A stretch of DNA of 32,000 nt from Synechococcus sp. A15-24 (lineage in GTDB: Bacteria; Cyanobacteriota; Cyanobacteriia; PCC-6307; Cyanobiaceae): the NCBI RefSeq assembly GCF_014280195.1, contig NZ_CP047960.1:870001-902000 (forward strand), given 5' to 3'. The notes beneath the pieces were generated by a model. The model saw nothing but the letters and a program-made list of their open reading frames with translations, made no database searches and was not told the DNA's origin. The translations under genes and the position numbers were made by a program. Within the stretch, counting starts at the first letter, position 1, and every line of letters begins with the position of its first letter. Below are positions 1-9,773 of this stretch, piece by piece.

Positions 1-557
1 ACCTCGATGCACTGGTTGCGCATCTCGATGCCGATGGGGCCATCGGTGTGATCGGAGCCTCGATGGGTGGTGCGGTGGCGGTGGAGCTGGCCCGACGTCA
101 GCCGGAGAGAATTCATCAGTTGCTGTTGTTGGCGCCTGCTGGACTGACGGGCCGGCCCATGCCGGTCCCACCCCTGCTTGATCGGCTTGGTGCCTGGTTT
201 CTTGGTCGCCCTGGGGTGCGTCGCGGGCTTTGCCGCCAGGCCTTTGCTGATCCGGATGGGCAGGTGGGCCCGCCGGAGGAACAGATCGCATCGCTGCATC
301 TGCAATGTCCGGGGTGGGCTGAGGCCCTGGCAGCGTTTGCCCGCAGCGGTGGCTTCGCCGGTTGTGGCGAGCCGTTGCCACCGCAGCCCCTGTACGTGAT
401 CTGGGGAGCTGATGATCGGATCCTGCGTGCACCGCTCAAGCTGGCGGCCGAAAGCTTGCTGCAGCACCCAGCCGAAACCTTTGAGGCCTGCGGTCATCTC
501 CCCCACATCGATCAGCCGCAACAGGTTGCTGACCGCTGCCTGGAGCTGCTGGGTTGA
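1..557 (+). CDS. alpha/beta-fold hydrolase, 5' end cut by window edge
   Basis: Frame 3 is open from nt 3. Translation reads ...GVIGASMGGAVAVELA (GxSxG nucleophile elbow) and later ACGHLPHID (catalytic His region). Stop TGA at 555-557. Confidence 0.8.
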   Translation, partial: LDALVAHLDADGAIGVIGASMGGAVAVELARRQPERIHQLLLLAPAGLTGRPMPVPPLLDRLGAWFLGRPGVRRGLCRQAFADPDGQVGPPEEQIASLHLQCPGWAEALAAFARSGGFAGCGEPLPPQPLYVIWGADDRILRAPLKLAAESLLQHPAETFEACGHLPHIDQPQQVADRCLELLG

Positions 558-1180
558 TGAGCGATCCACTGCTGCAGCTGATCTCCACCGGTCTGGGGCT
601 CTGGATCCGCAGCCGCTGTGATCAGGTGGGGGATCTTGACCTCACCTTGCAGGGGTCATCTCTGGGGCTGATGCGCGGTCAGCTGCAGGGTGCGGTTCTG
701 TCGGCACGGGATGTGTGCTTTGAGGGGTTGCCACTGCACCATGCCGAGATCAGCAGCGGACCGATTCAGCTGGATCTCACCTGGTTGCGTCCAGGCCGGA
801 TGTTGGCTCTGAAGGAGCCTTTCCAGGTGAGCGGCACGGTGTCGATGCCAGGTCAGCCGCTTGGCGATGCGTTGTTGTCTGAGCGTTGGCGTGAACTCGG
901 CGATTGGATTGCTGAGCAACTGATGGGCCTGAAGCCCCTGGGTCAGCTGCGGATCGAGAACGACGAACTGGAGTTGGTGGCATCAGTCGCCGCACAACGG
1001 GATCCGATCCGGAAGCGCTTCCGCCTGCGAGCCGAGGCGGGCACGGTTGTTCTGTCGGCCTCAGATTCCCCGGAGACCCGAGCCGTGTTGCCCATGGATC
1101 CGGCGATCACCGTCACCGATGCGACGCTGGGGGCTGGATTGCTGACTTTCGAGGGGAACGCAATCGTAACGCCTGAGTGA
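557..1180 (+). CDS. conserved hypothetical protein, DUF2993 (LmeA-like) resemblance
   Basis: ATG at 557 overlaps the upstream stop (TGATG); the ORF track starts at TTG 554. High-GC third-position bias. N-terminus MSDPLLQLISTGLGLWIRS... resembles cyanobacterial DUF2993 proteins, recalled from memory only. Confidence 0.6.
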   Translation: MSDPLLQLISTGLGLWIRSRCDQVGDLDLTLQGSSLGLMRGQLQGAVLSARDVCFEGLPLHHAEISSGPIQLDLTWLRPGRMLALKEPFQVSGTVSMPGQPLGDALLSERWRELGDWIAEQLMGLKPLGQLRIENDELELVASVAAQRDPIRKRFRLRAEAGTVVLSASDSPETRAVLPMDPAITVTDATLGAGLLTFEGNAIVTPE

Positions 1181-1201
1181 CAATGTCTTAGCTAAATCGT
1201 G

Positions 1202-2113
1202 CTAGCTGACATTGATCAGTGGCTTCGCCAGGGTCAGCAGCGCGTACAGCACGGCCGGGGTGAACAGGTAGCTATCAATGCGATCAAGGATTCCTCCATG
1301 GCCTGGCAGCACGTCACCGGAGTCTTTCAGTCCGGCATCGCGTTTCATCATCGATTCAGTCAGATCTCCCACCAGGGCAATCAGGGCCACCAGTGCGCCG
1401 ACGGCCACCCCTGGCAATCCCCCAAGCGGCCATCCCATCACTCGCGCGCAGAGCAGGCCGACGGCCATGGCGCATCCGAATCCCCCGAGGGCACCTTCCA
1501 CTGTTTTGGACGGCGAGATCGGGGACAAGGGCGTCCTGCCGTAGCGCTTGCCGAATGCCCATGAACCGATATCGCTCGCCACGATCATAAGGCAGGCCGA
1601 GAGGGTGATGGCCAGACCGCTGCTGCAAAGCCAGGCTGTTCCTGGAGCCAGGGCCGGATCGGAGAGGTTGCGCAGGGCCAGCCAGTGGCTGGGCAGAAAC
1701 CCCAGATAAAACAGCCCGAAAATCGATGCGGCGATGTCGGCAATCGATCCGGTAACCGGCTGCAGCAGCAACCAGGCACAGATGGCGGCACCGGCCAGGG
1801 GCAGCACCGCCCCCGACAGCGCCTCGGGCCATCCGCTTTGAACCGCTGCCCACTGGGTGGTGAGCAGCAGTAGCTGACAGGCCACCAGCGTTGTTTTGGT
1901 GGCCGGGCGGATTCCTTTGAACTGAGCCATGCGGAAGAACTCCAGCAGACCCAGATGCACGATCACGCCGACGCCGAGGGTGAGCCACCAGCCCCCCAGC
2001 AGAACCACCACTGCGCCGAAGCCGCCGATGGCGATGCCACTGCGCAATCGTTTGCGCAGGCTGTTGGCGGCTCGCAATGACGGGTTGGAGGAAGACAAGA
2101 CCTCGCTAATCAC
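1202..2113 (-). CDS. cdsA: phosphatidate cytidylyltransferase
   Basis: Polytopic membrane protein with the CTP-transferase signature SDIGSWAFGKRYGRTPLSPISPSKTVEGALGG ... DLTESMMKRDAGLKDSGDVLPGHGGILDRIDS. Confidence 0.9.
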   Translation of the reverse strand: MISEVLSSSNPSLRAANSLRKRLRSGIAIGGFGAVVVLLGGWWLTLGVGVIVHLGLLEFFRMAQFKGIRPATKTTLVACQLLLLTTQWAAVQSGWPEALSGAVLPLAGAAICAWLLLQPVTGSIADIAASIFGLFYLGFLPSHWLALRNLSDPALAPGTAWLCSSGLAITLSACLMIVASDIGSWAFGKRYGRTPLSPISPSKTVEGALGGFGCAMAVGLLCARVMGWPLGGLPGVAVGALVALIALVGDLTESMMKRDAGLKDSGDVLPGHGGILDRIDSYLFTPAVLYALLTLAKPLINVS

Positions 2114-2153
2114 ACTGGCTGGAGGACCTGCAGGCTCAGGCTAGACAATGGCC

Positions 2154-2615
2154 TCAGGGGAGGATCTCGAGGCGCACGGGGACTTCGCCGGCCCGCATCA
2201 TCCGCAGCTCACTCGCCGCGCCATGGGCCAGGTCGATCACCCGGTGATCCCGGAACGGTCCTCGGTCATTGATCCGCACCACCACGCTGCGGTTGTTGTC
2301 GAGGTTGGTGACGCGCACCCGGGTGCCGAAGGGCAGGGTCCGGTGCGCTGCGGTGAAGGTGCCTTTGCGCAGTCGTTCACCACTGGCTGTCTGGCGGCCA
2401 TAGAAGCCGGGGCCGTACCAACTGGCAGCACCGTTCACCACCCGCAGCAGCCGAGGCGTCGCCCTTGGTTGTTGGGGGGATGGGGCCCACTCCTCGTCGT
2501 GAACGTCCTCAACAGCGAACTCCTCTGCGCTGGGGCTGCCCCAGGCCTGAGCAGGCGTCAGCAACAGGATCAGAGCCAGGGGAAGCATGCCAAGTCCGTG
2601 GCTGGACCGATTCAA
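2154..2615 (-). CDS. rlpA: RlpA-like septal ring lytic transglycosylase / double-psi beta-barrel lipoprotein
   Basis: Signal peptide (MLPLALILLLTPAQAWG) followed by ASWYGPGFYGRQTASGERL...AAHRTLPFGTRVRVTNLDNNRSVVVRINDRGPF, the classic RlpA DPBB motif. Confidence 0.85.
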   Translation of the reverse strand: MNRSSHGLGMLPLALILLLTPAQAWGSPSAEEFAVEDVHDEEWAPSPQQPRATPRLLRVVNGAASWYGPGFYGRQTASGERLRKGTFTAAHRTLPFGTRVRVTNLDNNRSVVVRINDRGPFRDHRVIDLAHGAASELRMMRAGEVPVRLEILP

Positions 2616-4018
2616 GCGATCTCGGTCAGCACGGCAAGGCGTGATGGGATCTGATCACCCCAGAGCTGCCGTTGCTCCAGCAGCCATTGCAGCCGTGCTC
2701 CATCCAGCCGTTCCCCTGGCACTAACAAGGGAATGCCGGGGGGGTAAGGACAGAGCAGATCGGCAGCAATCGTTCCCTCCGCCTGTTCCAGGGCGCAGAG
2801 GCGGCGGGGTGCCCGCCAGGCTTCAGCGAGGGGGACCTCCGGTTGCGCCACCAGCGGTAGTGGGGGTGGAAGCAGGGGCGGCTGAGGAGCGCGGCCGGGA
2901 TGGGCGTTCAGCAGTTGCTTCCAGGCACGGCGCAAGGTCCGGCGTAGGCCTCGCTGGTAGGCAAGTCCCAGGCAGAAGGTGAGTGTTGCCGGCTCCGGCA
3001 GCTCCGCCACCAACCCCCGTGGCAGAAGCCAGTCGTCGGCGTCCAGGCCGCTGATGCCGGCACGGCCCGAGTGCAGCACCAGCCGCAGCGGGTCGTCGGT
3101 GGTCAGCAGCGGCAGGCCATCGCGGCGCAGCTGGTCCCGCAGTGTTCGGGCCTGTACCAGTCGTTGGCGCAGTTGCCGGCGACCAGCGCTGCTGCGCCAG
3201 TGGTGCAGCGCGGCTTCACAGGAGGCCAGAAGTAGTGCACTGGGGCTGGTGGTCTGCAGCCAGCCCAGGCTGCGCTGCAGCGCAGCGATGTCCACGCGCT
3301 CCCCCTGCTGCCAGAGCACGGCGGTCTGAGCCAGTCCCGTCGCTGACTTCTGCAGGGAATGCACCACCAGATCAGCCCCCCCCTGCAGCGCACTTGGGGG
3401 CAGCTCTGGATCCACGTCTGCAGCGAAATGACTGCCATGGGCCTCATCCACCAGCACGGGCCAGCCCCGCTGCTGCAGGCTTCGGATCAACGGTGCAGGG
3501 TCCAGCCCATAGCCCTGATAAGTGGGATGCACCAGCACTGCCGCGCTGATCGGTGGATGCTCCGCAGGAAGGGCCGCAAGAACGCTCTCGAGCCACGGTG
3601 CATCTGCGGGAGCAGGGTGGCCGCGGTCTGGCTGGTAGGGCAGATCGAACAGCAGTGGCGTGAGCTGGCCAAGCAGGCAGGCCTGAATCAGACAGCGGTG
3701 CGCATTGCGAGGCATCAACACCGCCTCCCCGGGGCGGCTGATGCCCAGCAGGGCCGCCTGCAGCAATCCTGTGGCTCCGTTGACGCCGTACCAGCAGCGG
3801 TTGACCCCCATCGCATCCGCTGCAGCACGTTGGCTGTCGGCCACGGCTCCGTCGTTCTCCAGTGGCCCCCCCAGCGCCGGTAGTTCCGGCAGGTCCCAGA
3901 GGCCGGCGGGTCGTTGCAGCAACCGCCGCATCGCCGGAGGGAGGGCTGAGCCCCGTCCATGGGCCGGCAGAAACAGCGGGCGACCGACGTCTCGATGCAA
4001 CAGCGGCAGCAGGGCCAT
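2612..4018 (-). CDS. Orn/Lys/Arg decarboxylase-family PLP-dependent enzyme
   Basis: FLPAHGRGSALPP near the N-terminus and HSLQKSATGLAQTAVL (PLP-lysine region). I prefer the ATG at 4018 (MALLPLLHRD...) over the track start at 4117, which would overlap the divergent ABC1 gene. Confidence 0.8.
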   Translation of the reverse strand: MALLPLLHRDVGRPLFLPAHGRGSALPPAMRRLLQRPAGLWDLPELPALGGPLENDGAVADSQRAAADAMGVNRCWYGVNGATGLLQAALLGISRPGEAVLMPRNAHRCLIQACLLGQLTPLLFDLPYQPDRGHPAPADAPWLESVLAALPAEHPPISAAVLVHPTYQGYGLDPAPLIRSLQQRGWPVLVDEAHGSHFAADVDPELPPSALQGGADLVVHSLQKSATGLAQTAVLWQQGERVDIAALQRSLGWLQTTSPSALLLASCEAALHHWRSSAGRRQLRQRLVQARTLRDQLRRDGLPLLTTDDPLRLVLHSGRAGISGLDADDWLLPRGLVAELPEPATLTFCLGLAYQRGLRRTLRRAWKQLLNAHPGRAPQPPLLPPPLPLVAQPEVPLAEAWRAPRRLCALEQAEGTIAADLLCPYPPGIPLLVPGERLDGARLQWLLEQRQLWGDQIPSRLAVLTEIA

Positions 4019-4068
4019 GGGATCCAGTGGGATCTCCTTAGAGTCTGGTGCTGTTCTGGGCGCTGGCG

Positions 4069-5718
4069 ATGCGATACGACCCCGGCCGCGATCTACGCTG
4101 GCTGCTGCTGCGACCATGGATCGCCATTCCCCGCCTGATCCAGGTGTTGTGGTCCCTGGGGGGTCTCGTGCTGGTGCTGCTGCTGCAGGGGGGCAGCTCG
4201 GACTCAGCTGTGCAGCAACGGCTGGCCCGCCGCATCCTCAACACCCTCACCGGATTGGGGCCCTGTTTCATCAAGGTGGGGCAGGCCCTGTCCACTCGTC
4301 CTGACCTCGTCCGCCGGGACTGGCTTGAAGAGCTGACACGACTTCAGGACGACCTTCCCGCCTTCCCCCATGCCCTGGCACTGGAGCGCATTGAACAGGA
4401 GCTCGGTGCATCGGCCCATGAGCTGTTCGACGCGTTCCCGGATGCTCCGATCGCGGCCGCCAGCCTTGGACAGGTCTACAAAGCCCGTCTGGAAGGGAAT
4501 GCCTGGGTTGCCGTGAAGGTACAGCGCCCCAACCTCACCTTCATCCTACGCCGCGATCTGGTGCTGATCCGTCTGCTGGGTGTCATCACAGCTCCGCTGC
4601 TGCCGCTCAATCTCGGTTTCGGTCTCGGCGACATCATCGATGAGTTCGGTCGCAGCCTGTTTGAAGAGATTGACTACGTCCAGGAAGCCGACAACGCCGA
4701 ACGCTTCGCCAGCCTCTTCGCCGACAACGACGCGGTTTACGTTCCGCGGGTGGAGCGGATGCTCAGCTCCACCCGGGTGCTCACCACCACCTGGATCGAT
4801 GGCGTCAAGATGCGCGACAGCGACGAGCTGCAGGCGCTGCAACTCGACCCTGCCGCACTGATTCGCACCGGGGTGATTTGCGGCCTGCAACAACTGCTGG
4901 AATTCGGGTACTTCCATGCCGACCCGCATCCCGGCAACCTCTTCGCACTGCAGGGCCGCAGCGGCGACCTGGGCCATGTCGGCTATGTCGACTTTGGAAT
5001 GATGGATTCGATCAGCGACAGCGACCGGCTCACCCTCACCGGAGCCGTGGTGCATCTGATCAACCGCGACTTTGCCGGGTTGGCTGAGGATTTTCAGTCG
5101 CTCGGCTTCCTCAGCCCCAGCGCGGATCTCACCCCGATCGTGCCGGCCCTGGAGGAGGTGCTCGGCGGCAGCCTTGGGGACTCCGTCGGCTCGTTCAACT
5201 TCAAGGCGATCACCGATCGCTTTTCAGAGCTGATGTTCGACTATCCCTTCCGGGTCCCGGCACGCTTCGCTCTGATCATCCGGGCGGTGGTCAGTCAGGA
5301 GGGGCTGGCGCTGCGTTTGGATCCGAACTTCCGCATCATTGCTGTCGCCTATCCCTACGTGGCACGACGGCTGCTGGCGGGGGACACCCGTGAGATGCGC
5401 GACAAACTGCTGGAGGTGATCTTCGATGCGGACGGGCGTCTGTCCCTTGATCGGCTGGAAAACCTTCTTGCTGTGGTCGGTCAGGATGCACCAGCACCTG
5501 GAAAAGAACTGCTGCCCGTTGCTGGTGCAGGCCTGCGCTTGTTGCTCAGTCGCGATGGTGCCGATCTACGCAAACGACTGCTGCTCACCCTGATCCGCGA
5601 TAACCGGTTGCACACCGATGACGTGCAGGCGCTGATGGGACTGATGGCCCGCACCTTCGGTCCAGCCCGGATTGCCGGTGGCCTGTTGCAACGCCTCAAT
5701 CCTCTGGCGGCTGCCTGA
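4069..5718 (+). CDS. ABC1/UbiB (AarF) family atypical kinase
   Basis: GPCFIKVGQALSTRPDLV, AAASLGQVYKARL, VAVKVQRP and FHADPHPGNL are hallmark ABC1 motifs. Start could be GTG 4048 or ATG 4069. Confidence 0.85.
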   Translation: MRYDPGRDLRWLLLRPWIAIPRLIQVLWSLGGLVLVLLLQGGSSDSAVQQRLARRILNTLTGLGPCFIKVGQALSTRPDLVRRDWLEELTRLQDDLPAFPHALALERIEQELGASAHELFDAFPDAPIAAASLGQVYKARLEGNAWVAVKVQRPNLTFILRRDLVLIRLLGVITAPLLPLNLGFGLGDIIDEFGRSLFEEIDYVQEADNAERFASLFADNDAVYVPRVERMLSSTRVLTTTWIDGVKMRDSDELQALQLDPAALIRTGVICGLQQLLEFGYFHADPHPGNLFALQGRSGDLGHVGYVDFGMMDSISDSDRLTLTGAVVHLINRDFAGLAEDFQSLGFLSPSADLTPIVPALEEVLGGSLGDSVGSFNFKAITDRFSELMFDYPFRVPARFALIIRAVVSQEGLALRLDPNFRIIAVAYPYVARRLLAGDTREMRDKLLEVIFDADGRLSLDRLENLLAVVGQDAPAPGKELLPVAGAGLRLLLSRDGADLRKRLLLTLIRDNRLHTDDVQALMGLMARTFGPARIAGGLLQRLNPLAAA

Positions 5719-5763
5719 TCAGTTGCCGCTAGGGTCGCGACTTTCAAGCCATCTGAGGCGTCG

Positions 5764-6183
5764 ATGCCCGAGGAAATCACCGCTGAACAGCTAGAGATGC
5801 TGTTGCAGATGGCCGTGCTGCCCCAGCCTCCTTACCTGATGGCTGGTGTGGGGCTGTTGATGGGTGTGTTGTGCGGGTTGACCTTTGGCCGTCAGGTGCA
5901 GGACAAGCTCGATGGCTGGAAGCAGGATCGTCTTCCGCTTCTGCCTCTGGCCACAGCGGAGATCAGCCTCAGCTTCACCGGCATCCTGATAGGGATCACC
6001 CTGTTCATCGGCTGCTGCCTGCAGATCTTCGGCTTCGCCGCCGGTGCGGCGCTCCTGGTGGCGTTGTTGCTGTCGCTGCTGACGGGTGGTGCTCTCTTCG
6101 CTCAGCTGGAGCGATTGATGCTGCAGGTGGAAAGCGGCAACTTCAAGGCCGTTGATTTCGACAACTTCGACGAGTTCTTCTGA
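5764..6183 (+). CDS. small integral membrane protein, unknown function
   Basis: 139-aa ORF with three hydrophobic spans and an acidic C-terminus (DFDNFDEFF). Codon bias is host-like. The long antisense ORF 5791-6918 is judged spurious. Confidence 0.6.
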   Translation: MPEEITAEQLEMLLQMAVLPQPPYLMAGVGLLMGVLCGLTFGRQVQDKLDGWKQDRLPLLPLATAEISLSFTGILIGITLFIGCCLQIFGFAAGAALLVALLLSLLTGGALFAQLERLMLQVESGNFKAVDFDNFDEFF

Positions 6184-6258
6184 CCGGACGTTCTGGGTGA
6201 ATGACTCGACCAAGGCCGTCCTGAGGGCCAGACTGCAGGAGTCTCGACACCTTCCGGC

Positions 6259-6975
6259 GTGACCACAATGCCCGCTGCCGTGGCCACCAGCAGATTGCTT
6301 GTAGTTGAGGATGACGACAGCATCCGTGAAACCGTTGGTGAAGCCCTCCGCGCCGAGGGTTACGACGTTCTCACCTGTGGCGACGGGGCCGAAGCCCTCA
6401 GCTTGCTCACCAATGAACCTGCGCAGCAGGTGGATCTGCTGGTTCTCGACCTGATGCTGCCCGGCCTGGGGGGGTTGGATCTCTGCCGTGAATTGCGGCG
6501 CTTCAACAACAACACCCCGATCCTGGTGATCAGTGCGCGGGACAGTGAAACGGATCGGGTGCTCGGTCTTGAGGTGGGGGCTGATGACTATCTGGTGAAG
6601 CCGTTCGGCCTCAGAGAGTTGGTGGCCCGCTGCCGGGCCCTGCTGCGGCGCGCTCAGCATGCCCCCTCGGTGCTTCCCGAGGTTTACAGCCACGCCAATC
6701 TCTGCCTTTACATCAATGAGTGCCGGGTCACCCGTGATGGAAACGACCTCAATCTCTCCCCCAAGGAGTACAAGATCCTGGAGCTGTTCCTTCAGCACCC
6801 GAAGCGGGTCTGGAGTCGCGATCAGCTGCTCGAAAAAATCTGGGGATTGGATTTTGTCGGTGACACCAAAACCGTGGACGTTCATATCCGCTGGTTGCGG
6901 GAGAAGATCGAGGAGCAACCCTCCTCACCTGAATTGATCCGCACGGTGCGCGGCTTCGGCTATCGCTTCGGCTGA
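6259..6975 (+). CDS. two-component response regulator, OmpR/PhoB family
   Basis: Receiver domain (LLVVEDDDSIRE, DLLVLDLMLPGLGG, DDYLVKPF) plus winged-helix output (LSPKEYKILELFLQHP...TVDVHIRWLREKIE...IRTVRGFGYRF). Confidence 0.9.
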   Translation: MTTMPAAVATSRLLVVEDDDSIRETVGEALRAEGYDVLTCGDGAEALSLLTNEPAQQVDLLVLDLMLPGLGGLDLCRELRRFNNNTPILVISARDSETDRVLGLEVGADDYLVKPFGLRELVARCRALLRRAQHAPSVLPEVYSHANLCLYINECRVTRDGNDLNLSPKEYKILELFLQHPKRVWSRDQLLEKIWGLDFVGDTKTVDVHIRWLREKIEEQPSSPELIRTVRGFGYRFG

Positions 6976-6982
6976 GCAGCTG

Positions 6983-8125
6983 GTGCTTGTTTCCCTTCTG
7001 ATCGGGTTCGGCGTCGGCGCCGCGACAATGTCGGTCATCCAGCGTCGACGGCTGCGGCGGGCGCGGATTGCTGAAGACGAGGACTGTCCCGGTTTTCCCC
7101 CAGGGGTGCTCAACGCCCCTCAACTGTTGGCCTGGATTGATGCCGCGACCCAGGGCTGGTTGATCCTGTCGCCGGATCTGTCCATCGCCTACATCAACGC
7201 CCGGGCCGAGCGGTTGCTGCACATATCCAGGAATCTCCTGGTGCGTGGCATGCCGATGGATCATGTGCTGTCGATTCCTCAGCTCGAAGAGGCGATCATC
7301 AGCACCCGCTATCAGCAACGGCCTCAACGCAGCGAGTGGGAGCAGTTGGGGGAGCCCCTGGAAGGCTTCGTGCTGCCGGGATCCGATGAATGGCTTCTGG
7401 TGCTGATTCAGAGCCGTCAATCACTGGAGGCACAGCAACAGCAGCAGGAGCGCTGGGTCAGCGATGTGGCCCACGAGCTCAAGACACCGCTGACGGCCCT
7501 GATGTTGGTCAGCGATCGGCTTGAGATGGCCGTGGACGGCGCTGACACCGTGCTGGTGCAGCGCCTGCAGCGCGAGCTGCGTCGGCTGCAGCTGATGGTG
7601 GAGGACCTGCTCGAGCTGTCTCGCCTTGAAAACAGCCTGCCCCAGGAGAGCAGCAGCTACACCGCCATCACCCTGGAAGATCTGGTGGACAGTGCCTGGA
7701 CCAGCATTCGCCCTTTGGCGGAGGAACGCGAGGTGACGCTGGATCTGGATCGAACCGAAACAGGGCCGATGATGGGTGATCAGCGGCGCCTGCACCGGGC
7801 GGTGCTCAATCTGCTGGACAACGCCCTGCGGTATTCCCCTAAAGGTTCCAGCGTCGATGTCTCCATTGTTCCCAGTGGTGGCTGGTGGTTGCTCAGCATC
7901 CGCGATCACGGCCCCGGACTGAGCGACTCCGACCTTGGCGGCATGTTTCAGCGTTTCTACCGCGGTGATCCATCTCGGGCCCGATCCGCCCGCAGCGGCA
8001 GCGGCCTGGGCCTCGCGATCGTGCAACAGATTGCCGTGAATCACGGAGGCCGCGTTGAAGCGCGCAACCATCCGAATGGCGGAACCTGCATGGAATTGGT
8101 GCTGCCCAAGAGTCTGAGCGCGTGA
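6983..8125 (+). CDS. sensor histidine kinase (N-terminal TM, PAS-like domain, HisKA, HATPase_c)
   Basis: H-box SDVAHELKTPLTAL, N-box LLDNALRYSP, G-boxes DHGPGL and GSGLGLAIV. Begins 8 nt after the response regulator stop. Confidence 0.85.
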   Translation: MLVSLLIGFGVGAATMSVIQRRRLRRARIAEDEDCPGFPPGVLNAPQLLAWIDAATQGWLILSPDLSIAYINARAERLLHISRNLLVRGMPMDHVLSIPQLEEAIISTRYQQRPQRSEWEQLGEPLEGFVLPGSDEWLLVLIQSRQSLEAQQQQQERWVSDVAHELKTPLTALMLVSDRLEMAVDGADTVLVQRLQRELRRLQLMVEDLLELSRLENSLPQESSSYTAITLEDLVDSAWTSIRPLAEEREVTLDLDRTETGPMMGDQRRLHRAVLNLLDNALRYSPKGSSVDVSIVPSGGWWLLSIRDHGPGLSDSDLGGMFQRFYRGDPSRARSARSGSGLGLAIVQQIAVNHGGRVEARNHPNGGTCMELVLPKSLSA

Positions 8126-8862
8126 CCCGGCAGCGGCTGCAGAAACTGATCGCCGCAGCTGGACTGTGCTCGCGGCGGACCGCTGAAGCCTGGATCGAGG
8201 CAGGCCGGGTAAATGTGGACGGCCAGGTCGCAAGCCTTGGCGATCAGGCGGACCCTGACAGCCAGGTCATCCAGGTTGATGGCAGGCCGTTGTGTCCCCG
8301 TCGGGAGCCCACTGTGCTGCTGATCAACAAGCCACCTGGTGTGATCAGCACCTGCCGCGACCCCCGCGGGCGGTCCACGGTTCTGGATCTGCTGCCGCGG
8401 CAGCTGCGCCAGGGACTCCACCCGGTTGGGCGTCTGGATGCCGATAGCCGAGGCGCTCTCCTGTTGACGGACCAGGGTGAGCTGACGTTGCGGTTGACCC
8501 ATCCCCGCTTTGACCATGCCAAGACCTATCGGGTCTGGGTGGACGGGACGCCGCTGAACACCAGCCTGCAGCGCTGGCGGCAAGGGGTCTCGCTGGACGG
8601 CACACGCACAAGATCGGCCGAGGTTCGCGTGCTGCAGCGTCGCTCCGAACGCACACTGCTCGAGGTTGTTCTGCTGGAGGGCCGCAACCGTCAGATTCGC
8701 CGGGTTGCGGACCTGCTGGGCCATCCGGTTCTCGATTTGCAGCGGGTGGCCATCGCCGGTCTGCGCCTGGGGCCGCTGCCGGAAGGTCGCTGGCGCCATC
8801 TGAGCAGGGGAGAATGGCAGCAATTGCTTGACCAGGGCGAGCCCAACGGACCATGCGCCTGA
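8122..8862 (+). CDS. rRNA pseudouridine synthase, RsuA/RluB family with S4 domain
   Basis: S4 domain (RLQKLIAAAGLCSRRTAEAWIEAGRVNVDG) and catalytic motif HPVGRLDADSRGALLLTD. The GTG start overlaps the kinase stop (GTGA). Confidence 0.85.
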   Translation: MTRQRLQKLIAAAGLCSRRTAEAWIEAGRVNVDGQVASLGDQADPDSQVIQVDGRPLCPRREPTVLLINKPPGVISTCRDPRGRSTVLDLLPRQLRQGLHPVGRLDADSRGALLLTDQGELTLRLTHPRFDHAKTYRVWVDGTPLNTSLQRWRQGVSLDGTRTRSAEVRVLQRRSERTLLEVVLLEGRNRQIRRVADLLGHPVLDLQRVAIAGLRLGPLPEGRWRHLSRGEWQQLLDQGEPNGPCA

Positions 8863-9773
8863 CGTTCCAACGCCCCTGGCGGCGTCGCTCCCGTTCCTCC
8901 CAGGAGGTGGCTCCTGATGGGCTCACGCGCGAGGAACAGCTGCGTGAGCTGGGTCAGCTGCTGACGCAACGTCGTGAGGCTGAAGGGTTGACTTTGCGGG
9001 GGCTGGCCCAGGAGACCCGGATCACCACTCCGGTGATTGAGGCTCTCGAGCGCGGCTGGTCCGATCGCCTGCCGGAGCGTGCATACCTGGCGTCGATGCT
9101 GCCGCAGCTGGAGCGTCGGCTGGCGTTGACGCCGGGGGTGCTGCAGCCGGTTCTACCGCCTGCTGTGATCCGCCAGCGTCAGGTGAATCTGACGCAGCGC
9201 CGCTTCACGCTGGGCAGCATTGATGTATTCACCACCTGGCAGGGAGGTGTTGTTTATGCGGTGTTGATCGGCATCAGCCTGCTGATGATCAACCGGCAGC
9301 AGCAGAACCTCGCCCTGCGCAACAGCCAGAGTCTTGAGCCGGTGCGCGCTGACCTGAGCGGCCTGGATCAGGCCACATCTCTGCCCTCCAACGACCCTGA
9401 TCTCAAAGCCCTGCGGCCGCTGGATCTGGCCCGCCAACGGCAGCCACTGGACTGGTTGAACGCTGCCGGTGGACCGCCACTGCCCCGCCCAGGCGTGCTC
9501 AGCCTCAAGTTGACGCAGCCGCGTCAGCTTCAATTGGCCAGCGGCGGCGGTGACCGACTGCAGCTGCAACTCGAGGCCGGCACGGCAACCCTGCAGTTGC
9601 TGGCACCAGTGCAGGTGGTGATCAAACCGCCGCCGGAGAAGGCTGATCAGTTGCTATGGAATGGTCAGGTTCTCACAGGCGACAAGAGCCGACCTGGCAC
9701 CTACCGGGTCGAAGCCACCAGGGCGGCAGCTCCCGCTCCACTGCGGCCCCAGACAGCTCCCCGTTCTCCGTAA
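8853..9773 (+). CDS. helix-turn-helix, RodZ-like membrane protein
   Basis: HTH (LTLRGLAQETRITTPVIEALERGW), then a single TM span (GGVVYAVLIGISLLMI) and a C-terminal extracytoplasmic region, which is the RodZ architecture. The 3' end overlaps convergent malQ by 73 nt. Confidence 0.6.
   Translation: MRLTFQRPWRRRSRSSQEVAPDGLTREEQLRELGQLLTQRREAEGLTLRGLAQETRITTPVIEALERGWSDRLPERAYLASMLPQLERRLALTPGVLQPVLPPAVIRQRQVNLTQRRFTLGSIDVFTTWQGGVVYAVLIGISLLMINRQQQNLALRNSQSLEPVRADLSGLDQATSLPSNDPDLKALRPLDLARQRQPLDWLNAAGGPPLPRPGVLSLKLTQPRQLQLASGGGDRLQLQLEAGTATLQLLAPVQVVIKPPPEKADQLLWNGQVLTGDKSRPGTYRVEATRAAAPAPLRPQTAPRSP

Noticed and set aside
5791-6918. 375-aa minus-strand ORF spanning the membrane-protein and response-regulator genes. 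Similar long ORFs occur at 9656-11062 (+), 11138-12352 (+), 12349-13248 (-), 16647-17594 (+), 7421-8823 (-) and 21130-21918 (+).
   Set aside because: Each lies antisense or off-frame to a gene with clear family motifs. Their products are low-complexity, Arg/Pro/Gly/Gln-rich sequences typical of shadow ORFs in high-GC DNA.
6259-8125. Naming the response regulator / kinase pair phoB-phoR (sphR-sphS).
   Set aside because: Family membership is clear, but nothing in the sequence identifies the signal: there are no adjacent pst/phoA genes and I recognised no Pho boxes. Gene symbols are left blank.
9701-9773. 73-nt convergent overlap of the RodZ-like gene and malQ (also 41 nt at 13295-13335 and 20 nt at 24666-24685).
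   Set aside because: Convergent 3' overlaps of this size occur in compact high-GC genomes, and the low-complexity C-terminal tails may simply be unconstrained. I see no evidence of special function.
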